From: a virus
Taxonomy: Duplodnaviria > Caudoviricetes
Reading direction: 5' to 3' (one strand)
Virus record (IMG/VR): IMGVR_UViG_3300011334_000331
Coordinates: 1-26,730 of that record
DNA length: 26,730 nt
The notes under the pieces were generated by a model, which was not told the DNA's origin, searched no databases, and saw only the letters and a program-made list of their open reading frames with translations. Shown here in pieces: positions 16,549 to 25,483 of this stretch. The translations under genes and the position numbers were made by a program. Positions within the stretch are counted from its first letter, which is position 1. Each line of letters opens with the position of its first letter.

Positions 16549-17394
16549 ATGGCAGATAAAAAATTTAGTCAGTTTACAGTAGCCACTACAGCAACTGATG
16601 CATCATTAGCAGGTTTACAAGATGGTGAAAATGTATTGATTCCATCGGCTTTATTAAATGATTTAATTAATGCCATTCCTTTAACTGGAACTGAAGTAGG
16701 CAACCCAGTAACCGGCCCAATTGAATTTGGTGTAGGTGGACAAAATATTGCGCGAGGCACATTTGACAATGGAACTGGTGGCGATAATGGTGTAAGTTTA
16801 AATTGTGCAGTAGGATATGAATTGAACTGGCAAGGTGGTAAACTTTCTGTAAAAACTGGTTCTACTATTGTTCCTTATGATTGCAGGCCTTATAAAGTTT
16901 ATACAGCTTTATTAACACAGAGTGGGGGAAGTGTTGGAAACCAAATAGGCACTGGTCAACTAACATTAGGTGTAACATATTACATATTTGATAGTTCTTT
17001 AGGAATGGATTTTACAAATGTAGGAGCACCAGATAATAATGTAGGAACTTACTTTGTAGCAACAGGCACTACTCCAAATAGTTGGGGTGATTCAGAAGGC
17101 AATGATATACTTACTTATAACTCAGGAGCACCAGTAGCAACAGTGTTAGAAAACAATATTGGGAATATTTATTGGGTTTATGGCGGTGTTGGACAATATA
17201 TAGCATTTTTTGATAGTGTAAATTATTTAGTAACATATGTTAGTATAAGTCAAAGTAATTCAACTGCTCATTTAATAGCTACAAATGTTGATGATAATAG
17301 TGCTTTGGCTGCAATAAATTCTCAATTATTTGATGGTACTTCAGTAGATTCAAGAATGTATTACACACCAATAGAAATAAGAGTGTACAATTAA
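16549..17394 (+). CDS. Putative neck/collar appendage or fibre-like protein
   Basis: MADKKFSQF start, Gly/Thr/Asn-rich beta-type sequence, C-terminal YKVYTALLTQSG...TPIEIRVYN module; located among neck genes. Confidence 0.55.
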   Translation: MADKKFSQFTVATTATDASLAGLQDGENVLIPSALLNDLINAIPLTGTEVGNPVTGPIEFGVGGQNIARGTFDNGTGGDNGVSLNCAVGYELNWQGGKLSVKTGSTIVPYDCRPYKVYTALLTQSGGSVGNQIGTGQLTLGVTYYIFDSSLGMDFTNVGAPDNNVGTYFVATGTTPNSWGDSEGNDILTYNSGAPVATVLENNIGNIYWVYGGVGQYIAFFDSVNYLVTYVSISQSNSTAHLIATNVDDNSALAAINSQLFDGTSVDSRMYYTPIEIRVYN

Positions 17395-17400
17395 AAATAA

Positions 17401-17799
17401 ATGGTAGATTTAAACACATTAGGGCAAGCAGAACCATTAACCGGATTGGAGCAACTACCATTGCTACAAAACGGCATTTGGGTATTGGGTAGGATTGCAG
17501 ATGTGTTAAACCTTACGCCGCCAACGATTGCAACAGCACCAACAGCATTTGCAGCGGTTGCATTTGATGAATCGCAGATTGATTTAACTTGGACTGGCAG
17601 CGGTGATAATTACATTGTAGAATCAAACAGAGGTGATAACGGCGATGCTTGGGTTGAGATTTACAGCGGTGCAACGGCCTCGTATAGTGATACGTTATTA
17701 TTCCCAGAAGAAACATATTACTACCGGCTTAAATCACAAGTTACTGGCGAAGCGGATTCTGATTGGGTATTGACTAATGAAACAACGCCAGCAGCATGA
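17401..17799 (+). CDS. Fibronectin type III domain virion protein
   Basis: APTAFAA...SQIDLTWT...YSDTLL-x-PEETYYYRLKS...SDW is an FN3 signature. Confidence 0.75.
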   Translation: MVDLNTLGQAEPLTGLEQLPLLQNGIWVLGRIADVLNLTPPTIATAPTAFAAVAFDESQIDLTWTGSGDNYIVESNRGDNGDAWVEIYSGATASYSDTLLFPEETYYYRLKSQVTGEADSDWVLTNETTPAA

Positions 17800-18374
17800 T
17801 AACGATTAAACTAAAAGGGTTTGATAAGACTATCAAAGATGTGCAGAAACTGGCTACAGATACGAATAAAAACGCAAAGATTGCGCTGGTTGATTTTGGT
17901 ACAAGGGTTGAAACAGAGGCAAAAAGAAACGCACCGGCAGATGAAGGTAAATTGCGTTCATCTATAAATTCAACTTTTGATGCAAGAAAGTTCACGGTAA
18001 AAATAACGGTTGCAACAGATTATGCAGCCTATCAAGAATTTGGCACTCGTAAATTTGCAGCCGCTTATGTAGGAACATTGCCGCAAGAATGGCGAACTTA
18101 TGCAGCTACATTTAAGGGCAAAACGGGCGGCAGTATGGATGAATTTATCCAATCCATTATGGCGTGGGTAGATAGAAAAGGAATCGGCGCAGACATGACA
18201 AAGTCTGGCAATGTTAGCCGTTCTGCATCATCATTAGAAAAGCAACAACAAGCAGCGTATTGGATAGCAATAAACATATTGCAAAATGGCATCAAACCAA
18301 AAAAGTTTTTGTATGAAGCCGTTAAAGATAATCTGCCCAAATTACAATCAGACTTTAATAAAATATTCGAGTGA
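17796..18374 (+). CDS. HK97 gp10-family tail completion protein
   Basis: AKRNAPADEGKLRSSI, YAAYQEFGT and IKPKKFL. Confidence 0.85.
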   Translation: MITIKLKGFDKTIKDVQKLATDTNKNAKIALVDFGTRVETEAKRNAPADEGKLRSSINSTFDARKFTVKITVATDYAAYQEFGTRKFAAAYVGTLPQEWRTYAATFKGKTGGSMDEFIQSIMAWVDRKGIGADMTKSGNVSRSASSLEKQQQAAYWIAINILQNGIKPKKFLYEAVKDNLPKLQSDFNKIFE

Positions 18375-18805
18375 AAGATATCAACAACCCATTAATCAAA
18401 GCGTATTACTTAGCGTTACAATATAACGTAACTAATCAAGCATCTGTAGTTGTTGAGGTTTACGAAGGCGAAGAACCAGATGATTTGCTCGCTTCTGAAT
18501 ACATTGTTATAAGCGATGTTTCAGATACGGATGCAAGCAACAAAGGCTGCACCGGCCACGATGCAAGGGTGCAGATAACCATAAACACTTGGAAAACCAA
18601 ATATGTAAATAAAAAGGAATTGAACTACATATCTGGGCAGATATTAGAATTGATAATGCCAACGCCACAAAGCACATTGCAAGCCGATGGAATACAGATA
18701 GTTACAACAACTTTGAACGGTTCAAATGATTTAGACTATGGCGTATTGGCTAACAGAAAATTCATTAGCAGAAATTTAATTTTTTCACATTTAATAAATT
18801 ACTAA
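18371..18805 (+). CDS. Tail terminator protein (DUF3168-like)
   Basis: Size, position immediately before the tail tube gene, and a VY...P...YIVI pattern; GTG start. Confidence 0.65.
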   Translation: MKDINNPLIKAYYLALQYNVTNQASVVVEVYEGEEPDDLLASEYIVISDVSDTDASNKGCTGHDARVQITINTWKTKYVNKKELNYISGQILELIMPTPQSTLQADGIQIVTTTLNGSNDLDYGVLANRKFISRNLIFSHLINY

Positions 18806-18826
18806 CTTTATAAAAAATAAAATACA

Positions 18827-19267
18827 ATGGCACAAAGAACAGCGGAAGGTAAAAACTTAGTATTGTTGATTGATACCCTTAATACGGGTGCAAGCTATGA
18901 TCTTGTTGTATGCCTTACAAGTAACAGTTTTGCTCGTACAGCTAATGTGATAGACGCATCAAGTAAGTGTGGAACTGAAAAGATTAACGGCGTAAAAGAC
19001 CGTACAATTGCGCTTGAAGGCACAGTTCAGTTTGATCCTTCAGTTGGCAAACTTTCAGAAGGTGATTTAAACGACATCTTTGAAAACGATACCCGTGTTG
19101 CGTGGCTATTCGGCCCAGAAACTCCGGTAGCTGGTGATTACTACTACACCGGAACTGATGCTTTATTGAGTGATTTAACTTTAGATGCTCCAAACGATGG
19201 TGCAGCAACATTCAGCGGTACTTTGCAGTTGAGTGGTGTGCCAGTTCGTACGGTAGAAGGTTCTTGA
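18827..19267 (+). CDS. Major tail tube protein (TP901-1/lambda-like)
   Basis: CLTSNSF...IDASSKC and LTLDAPNDGAATFSGTLQLSG; strong A-rich leader. Confidence 0.85.
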   Translation: MAQRTAEGKNLVLLIDTLNTGASYDLVVCLTSNSFARTANVIDASSKCGTEKINGVKDRTIALEGTVQFDPSVGKLSEGDLNDIFENDTRVAWLFGPETPVAGDYYYTGTDALLSDLTLDAPNDGAATFSGTLQLSGVPVRTVEGS

Positions 19268-19927
19268 CTGCCCCAGTCCTTGCCTGGATTGTGGGCAATC
19301 TACGATGCAGCGGAAGGCGTTACGGGTACAACATCCGTAACAGCGTGGGCAGATCAATCTGGAAACGGAAATAATCTAACATTGGCAAACCCAGTGAACC
19401 CGCTTGAACTTGTAGCCGCTGAAATAAATTCGCTGCCAGCAATTCATAGCAAATTTACGGGTGCTTACGGTGCATTCATATCTGGTACAAACGCATTGCC
19501 AGCATTTACAACGGGTGGCGTAGTTTGGGCAGTAGTAAAGCAAACAACAGCGGATGTTTCAATAAATTCTGGTGTTACAAACTTTATGCAAGGCGGTTCA
19601 GAATTCGAGATAAAGAGGCATAATTTAGCAATCCCAGGCGCAATTTGTGCGACTGCTTTAGGTTCTGGTTTGGCTGGCGTTGCTGCTGCTAATAATGTTT
19701 ATCACATTGTTAGAATGGTTGTTGGTACAACTAATATGAAGCTGGCCATTAATAACGGTACTGAAGATGTAGAGGCGGTATTTAACACACCGGCGGCATC
19801 AACATTAACGATGTTTGGACAAGGTGATAAATACATTGCTTATGTTGCAATAGCAGCAGATTTGCCAAGTACCAATGATATTACACAAATGGAAGCGTAT
19901 CTAAATACGAAGTTTAATGTTTATTAA
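19268..19927 (+). CDS. LamG/concanavalin-like domain, in frame with the major tail protein (probable readthrough extension)
   Basis: LPGLWAIYDA...VTAWADQSGNGNNL...INSLPAI...MEAYLNTKF; the frame is open from the codon directly after the tail tube TGA. Confidence 0.7.
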   Translation: MPQSLPGLWAIYDAAEGVTGTTSVTAWADQSGNGNNLTLANPVNPLELVAAEINSLPAIHSKFTGAYGAFISGTNALPAFTTGGVVWAVVKQTTADVSINSGVTNFMQGGSEFEIKRHNLAIPGAICATALGSGLAGVAAANNVYHIVRMVVGTTNMKLAINNGTEDVEAVFNTPAASTLTMFGQGDKYIAYVAIAADLPSTNDITQMEAYLNTKFNVY

Positions 19928-20273
19928 GATAAAAGAACAAGGTTTAAGGTTTGACAACTACTGCTGGAATGAGTATGTAAAGAAAGTTGATTGGGAAAAC
20001 TTAGCCGGCAGTAGTAATCAAGCTGCAATGTACGGGGCAATGAAGGCATCTGCATACTTTGATGGTGTTGAATTACCAACGTGGCGCGAAGCAGGGGTAT
20101 TTATTACATCGTTAGAAGTAGAAGAAATGCAAAAGTTTGTAGCATCATTTGAGGCTATGAATGAATGGAAGCAGTTTCTTGATTTGGCAAAGCAAACGAT
20201 TGAAGAACAAACGCCGGCAGAAGCAAAAAAAAAGCCTTTGAAGGAATCCGCCAAAACTATGAAACGGCATTAG
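19917..20273 (+). CDS. Tail assembly chaperone (gpG-like)
   Basis: Lies between tail tube and tape measure genes; slippery A-AAA-AAG at 20228-20234. Confidence 0.75.
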   Translation: MFIKIKEQGLRFDNYCWNEYVKKVDWENLAGSSNQAAMYGAMKASAYFDGVELPTWREAGVFITSLEVEEMQKFVASFEAMNEWKQFLDLAKQTIEEQTPAEAKKKPLKESAKTMKRH

Positions 20274-20548
20274 GCTGGTTAGGCTGGACAGAACGTGAAT
20301 ATTATACAAGTAGCCCAGAAGCATTTTACTATGCCAGCAAGGGCTATTTTGCTAAAAGGCAAGAAGATATGTTGATAACAAGATTTTCAACATACATCAT
20401 AGCAGCCAGCAATGTAGGCACAAAGGCACTGGGTAGTATTGATAAGGTTTGGCCATTAAGTAGCGATGGCAAACTGGTTGATAAAATGGATTCTACAAGG
20501 ATTGAAAATATTAAGAAACGCTATAAAATAAGAACAAATGCCAGTTGA
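20234..20548 (+). CDS. Tail assembly chaperone gpT-like segment, expressed by a -1 frameshift
   Basis: Not in the ORF track; the -1 frame reads AFEGIRQNYETALGWLGWTEREYYTSSPEAFYYASKGY...RTNAS and stops at 20546-20548, overlapping the tape measure start. Confidence 0.75.
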   Translation, partial: AFEGIRQNYETALGWLGWTEREYYTSSPEAFYYASKGYFAKRQEDMLITRFSTYIIAASNVGTKALGSIDKVWPLSSDGKLVDKMDSTRIENIKKRYKIRTNAS

Positions 20549-22505
20549 AGTACTTACGGTCGAAGCCAATTATGTGGGCGCAGGTCTTGACAAAGGGCTA
20601 AAAGGCGCAGAGAAACAGTTTGAAAAAACAAAAAAGGCTGGCGATGAATTAGGAAGTACTTTAGGCAAAAATCTTACAAATGGTACAAACACAGCGGGGC
20701 AATCACTGCAGAATTTAGGCCGTATTGCGCAAGATGCGCCATTTGGGTTTATCGGGATTCAAAACAACATTAATCCATTAATAGAATCGTTTGGCAGACT
20801 TAAAGCCGAAACGGGCAGCACTGGTAGCGCATTTAAATCATTGGCAGGATCATTATTTGGTGTTGGTGGCTTTGGCCTTGCTGTATCACTTGCAACTGGA
20901 TTATTAACTGTATTAACACAAAAAGGTTTTTTTAATGCTAAAAAAGGCGCAGAAGAAACAACAGAAGCAAACAAAAAATTAAAAGAATCATACGATAGCA
21001 TTATTTCTTCATTAGGTGAAGAACAAGTAAAAGTTGATCAAATTGTAAATGCTTTAAAAACAGAAACTTTAACAAGAGCGCAAAGGAATGAAGCAATTAA
21101 CCAACTGCAAAAAATTGCACCAGAATACTTTGCAACATTAAATAAAGAAAACGCATCTATAGGACAGATAACACTTGCTTACGATAAATTTTCTGCATCA
21201 ATATTAAAATCAATTGAAGCAAGGGTAAGAGAAAAAGAATTAATAAGCGTAACTGAAGAAATTTTAAAGTTACAAGATAAAGCAACTAAGTTAGGCGAAG
21301 ATGAAGTTTTAATTAATGGTAAGTTAGTAAAGGTAAGCAGACAAATTTATGACAGTAATAGTGAAACTCTTACAGATGCAGAAGCATATCAAGCAACAAT
21401 AAAAGGAACTTTAGCATTAACAACTGAAGAAAATAAGAGGTTACAAGAATTAGAAAAAACAAGGGCAAGGCTTTTACAATTAGTTACTCAATCTAAGGGC
21501 GCAGAACAATTTAATGTTACGCCTAAAGCCAAAAAAGATATTGAAACTATTTCTGATGTTTTAGCTAAATTAGAAAAAGAAATAGCATTTCTAAATAAAA
21601 AAGAAATTGCATTTAGTACTAATGAAAGTAAAGCTAAAATAAGCGCATTTTTTAGCACTGCTGAAAAGTTAATAAAAGATTTTAATGTTGATCCAAAAAA
21701 TACAATTATAACCAAATTGTTTGGCCGTGCTGCTGATGTTAAAATTTTAGATACATTAAAAATACTCGAAAGGTTTTCAGCAAATAAGTTTATTCCACCA
21801 CCTATTGAAATTCCTTTACAAATAATACCAAAGCTACCTGGGGAAAGTATATTTTCTGGCAATGAGCAACTTTTAACAGTACCACCAATACAAGTAGAAA
21901 GATTTAAGAAAGAAGCGTTTTTATTAGGGCAAGGTTTTAACACTGAATTTGTAAAAGGTTTAAACGATGGCCAATTAGATAAAGCGTTTGCAGAATTGAC
22001 TGCAAGAATAGCAGAAAATCAATCTTTAGTTAGCGATGTAATAAGCACATTTGGTGAAGGTATTGGTAAAAGCGTTGCACAAGGTGGATCATTTATATCT
22101 GCTGCATTTAGTGGAATTCTAAATATCATTGGCGATTTTTTAGTAAAACTTGGTAAGGCTGCAATACTACAATCAAAGTTGATTTTAGCAATTGGGGCTG
22201 GTAATCCTATCACTGGCCTTGCTGCTGGCCTTGCGGCTGTAATTGCTGGTTCAATACTTAAAAGCATTCAGCTACCTGCATTCGCAACTGGTGGAACTGC
22301 GCCAGGCGGCTCAATATTAGTTGGTGAACGTGGGCCAGAGATTATCACAGCCCCAAGAGGTGCAACAATTACACCAAACGCACAAACAAATGCAATGCTA
22401 TCTGGTGCTGGCGGCGGCACGGTAGTATTTAGAATACAAGGCAGAGAATTGGTAGGCGTATTAAATAACACAAATGCTACGCTCGGCAGAAATGGGCAGG
22501 GGTAA
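20538..22505 (+). CDS. Tape measure protein
   Basis: Long helical Ala/Gly/Lys/Glu-rich protein with hydrophobic segments, RIAQDAPFGFIGIQNNI and C-terminal FATGG...VGERGPE. Confidence 0.88.
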   Translation: MPVEVLTVEANYVGAGLDKGLKGAEKQFEKTKKAGDELGSTLGKNLTNGTNTAGQSLQNLGRIAQDAPFGFIGIQNNINPLIESFGRLKAETGSTGSAFKSLAGSLFGVGGFGLAVSLATGLLTVLTQKGFFNAKKGAEETTEANKKLKESYDSIISSLGEEQVKVDQIVNALKTETLTRAQRNEAINQLQKIAPEYFATLNKENASIGQITLAYDKFSASILKSIEARVREKELISVTEEILKLQDKATKLGEDEVLINGKLVKVSRQIYDSNSETLTDAEAYQATIKGTLALTTEENKRLQELEKTRARLLQLVTQSKGAEQFNVTPKAKKDIETISDVLAKLEKEIAFLNKKEIAFSTNESKAKISAFFSTAEKLIKDFNVDPKNTIITKLFGRAADVKILDTLKILERFSANKFIPPPIEIPLQIIPKLPGESIFSGNEQLLTVPPIQVERFKKEAFLLGQGFNTEFVKGLNDGQLDKAFAELTARIAENQSLVSDVISTFGEGIGKSVAQGGSFISAAFSGILNIIGDFLVKLGKAAILQSKLILAIGAGNPITGLAAGLAAVIAGSILKSIQLPAFATGGTAPGGSILVGERGPEIITAPRGATITPNAQTNAMLSGAGGGTVVFRIQGRELVGVLNNTNATLGRNGQG

Positions 22506-22508
22506 CAC

Positions 22509-24779
22509 ATGGCATACGGTTTAATATACACATCTGAATTTGATTCCTTTAAAGGGGCGGCTTGCCGTTTAGAAATAGACAAAAAAGACTTTGTCGGCAC
22601 TGATTCTGCTATTGTTTGCGGCGGTGGTGCAACCGTTTTATCATGGGGGCCAGATGATCCAAAAGCCGCTATTCGTGGCGCAAGTTTGGATGTAGAACTT
22701 TTAAACGTACAAGGTACGTTCCCAATATCAAACTTCTACAGCATCGAAGATGATTCTTTTAAAGTTAGATTGTATGAAAACGGGCAGTTGGTATTTACTG
22801 GCTTTTTGGTGCAAGATGATTGCAGCGAGGTTGTAGATGATTTTACCCATTCCTTAAATATTTCTGCAACTGATAACCTTGGATTGCTTAAAGATATTTC
22901 TTTGGATCAAGCAGCGTTTATTAATCGGGATATTATAATAAATGGAACTTTTGCCGTAACAAGCGGCGGCGGCAGTTATCCGGTAGGTTTATTGATCGAA
23001 GCACTATCAACTACAGATTTGCTTATTAATGGCGCATCAATTACAATTGATAACGGAATAACGCCACCTTATACAATTATAGTTGCATCTTATACCTTTT
23101 CTGCAATAACTGGAGATTACACCATTGTTGTAGGCACAGCACAGCCCTCGTATTCAGTTTTAGCAGCCACAGTAGAGATTTACCGCCAAGATGATTTAAG
23201 AGGCAGAATGCCGTTTGCAGAACTGTTTAAACTATTAATGCGTGCTACTGGCTTAGAACTTAATACCAAAGTGTTCATGACTGTTTTTTGCGTTGGTGGT
23301 GCAACGGGTAGAACTTTAGAAGATGTGCAGATTGAGCCGCAAACGTGGCTAAATAATCAAAACTATGATGATTGTTGGCAAATTATAGAAGATGTTTTAG
23401 GGCGTTTTCGGGCTTGTCTGTTTCAAGCCAATGGATATTGGGTAATATTAAGGCCAGATGAATTAAGGGAGTGGAACGGGCAGATAGTGGGCTTTGAGTA
23501 TGATGCAGACTTTGTTTATGTCGATGCGGTAACAATGCCAGCACCAATAACAATTGGAACGGGCAGCGATATTGAGGCTGGGTTGTTATCATCAATTCAA
23601 AGGCCGCTGAAGTATGTTCGTGAAGAATTTAATTACGAATTCCCAGAAAACACATTATGTAACGGGCCCTTAAATCAATTAGGCAATTATAGAACTTCTT
23701 ACGCATCGGGTGCAAATGTTGTTACTGAATATGATTTGCCAGGATGGGAGCAAGGATTCGACTATACAACGGGCGGCAATGGTTATTTTGGTTCAAGTGC
23801 TTTGCGGTTTATAAGAATAACTACAAATGCAGTAGGCAAAGAGATTGGCAGAACATTGGTAATAAAAGGCAATAGCGGGTTTTCTGATCCTGCTTGCGTT
23901 CAATCCTGCCCTATTGATGTTCGTATTGGGGATAATATACAATGGGGTTTTGAGTTTAAAACAAATACAAGCCAGCCAGGAAATAGAAACATTGGCTTTG
24001 TTGCTGAAATAATAACAACCGCTTCGCCTACACCACGCAGCATGAATAACAAGCGTTTACGATATGATGGCCGCTGGTTTTCGTGGATGGATCCTATACC
24101 ACCAAACATATCTATTTATCAAAATATACCAGTAGGTGAAAACACAAACAACTGGCAAAACTTTAGCATACAAAGTACAGAAATTCCCGTTAATGGAATT
24201 TTAACCGTAAAGCTATCACAAGCAGTTGTAGGCAATAGTTCAAGCAAAGAAACAGAATACAGAAACTTTAGCTTTGAAATTACACGCTCAATAGCAGGCG
24301 TTCAAAACATCATTGGCCATACTCACACACAAACGCAAGAACCAGAGATTAAAAACAACAACGACATCAATATAAAAATTGATGATGCGCCAAGTTCAAA
24401 CATTAGGGGCGCAATTTTTTTGCCTACGTTTACCGGCCCATTGCAGAACCTTACAACATTATGGCAGCGTGGTATTGATGGCAGCGGTAGCGGCGGTAAT
24501 CAATTTACTTTAGGGCAATTGATTACAAAAGATGAATTGTTTAACAGAAGAAAGGATCGTGTAAAATTAGACGGGAATATTTTACTAAGCAACCTCACGC
24601 CATTATCTGTAATTCAATATACAGATATGATTGATAAATACTTTATATTTGGGGCATTGGAAGTTAGCCATAAATTTGGCGAAACAAACGGGAATCTATA
24701 CGAATATTATACTGATGATGAAACGCTGATAGATTTAATTTCAGATTACGAATTTAACTACTTATACAATACGAGATGA
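22509..24779 (+). CDS. Tail tip / baseplate hub-like structural protein
   Basis: 756 aa, beta-rich, directly after the tape measure gene; FTGFL and SATDNLGLLK segments resemble hub-type proteins. Confidence 0.6.
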   Translation: MAYGLIYTSEFDSFKGAACRLEIDKKDFVGTDSAIVCGGGATVLSWGPDDPKAAIRGASLDVELLNVQGTFPISNFYSIEDDSFKVRLYENGQLVFTGFLVQDDCSEVVDDFTHSLNISATDNLGLLKDISLDQAAFINRDIIINGTFAVTSGGGSYPVGLLIEALSTTDLLINGASITIDNGITPPYTIIVASYTFSAITGDYTIVVGTAQPSYSVLAATVEIYRQDDLRGRMPFAELFKLLMRATGLELNTKVFMTVFCVGGATGRTLEDVQIEPQTWLNNQNYDDCWQIIEDVLGRFRACLFQANGYWVILRPDELREWNGQIVGFEYDADFVYVDAVTMPAPITIGTGSDIEAGLLSSIQRPLKYVREEFNYEFPENTLCNGPLNQLGNYRTSYASGANVVTEYDLPGWEQGFDYTTGGNGYFGSSALRFIRITTNAVGKEIGRTLVIKGNSGFSDPACVQSCPIDVRIGDNIQWGFEFKTNTSQPGNRNIGFVAEIITTASPTPRSMNNKRLRYDGRWFSWMDPIPPNISIYQNIPVGENTNNWQNFSIQSTEIPVNGILTVKLSQAVVGNSSSKETEYRNFSFEITRSIAGVQNIIGHTHTQTQEPEIKNNNDINIKIDDAPSSNIRGAIFLPTFTGPLQNLTTLWQRGIDGSGSGGNQFTLGQLITKDELFNRRKDRVKLDGNILLSNLTPLSVIQYTDMIDKYFIFGALEVSHKFGETNGNLYEYYTDDETLIDLISDYEFNYLYNTR

Positions 24780-25483
24780 GCGAAATAGTAAAAGGCGAAA
24801 ATGTAACTGTTTTTAAATATGTGCAATCCATTAACGCTTGGGTTCCATACGCTTGCGCTCGTTCATGCTCGTTTTCTGTCGAAACAGATACTATTGAAAC
24901 CTCAATTACTGGCAGCGGCAAATATAGAACTTTTATACCGCGCTCAAACGCATCTACCGGATCATTAGAAGGGCTTACACAATTGGAGAAAGTAAACAAC
25001 CTTAGCATTTCAGATTTAATTGCTATGCAAGTAGCACATGAAATACTTTTAATGCGCTGGGAAGATATTTCAGACAATGGTGATGTTTTCACAAAGGAGT
25101 TAGAAATGTTTATCACCAACACAACGCAAACAGCATCATTTGATAATGTAGCTACATTTTCTGTATCTTTACAAGGTACAGGGCCAATAACATTAGTTTA
25201 CACACCTACACCATTAATACAAGGGATCATGTACAGAAAAGAATTTATTTTACCGGCTAACGAAGATTCTATTCTACTCACAGAATTAGACGGTGTAAGT
25301 ATTGACAATGTAATATCAATAATTTTAGACAATAGCGATGCCAGTATAATAATTGGCAGCGGCACGCCGATTGGACAAGAAGTAAAATACAATTCATCTG
25401 GTGCAACTATTACATTTCCGTTTGCAACAGACATAGATTTAAACGGTTATGTATCATATCAAATTATTTATGAAGCAAGTTAA
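24776..25483 (+). CDS. Second tail-tube-fold protein with a C-terminal extension
   Basis: ACARSCSFSVETDTIETS and FITNTTQTASFDNVATFSVSLQGTGPI parallel tail tube motifs, including those of 18827-19267. Confidence 0.65.
   Translation: MSEIVKGENVTVFKYVQSINAWVPYACARSCSFSVETDTIETSITGSGKYRTFIPRSNASTGSLEGLTQLEKVNNLSISDLIAMQVAHEILLMRWEDISDNGDVFTKELEMFITNTTQTASFDNVATFSVSLQGTGPITLVYTPTPLIQGIMYRKEFILPANEDSILLTELDGVSIDNVISIILDNSDASIIIGSGTPIGQEVKYNSSGATITFPFATDIDLNGYVSYQIIYEAS

Noticed and set aside
19265-19267. Genome-wide stop codon reassignment or selenocysteine at the TGA
   Set aside because: Other genes end normally at TGA, often in ATGA overlaps, and long genes have no internal stops. The event appears local. 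A point mutation or sequencing error cannot be excluded.
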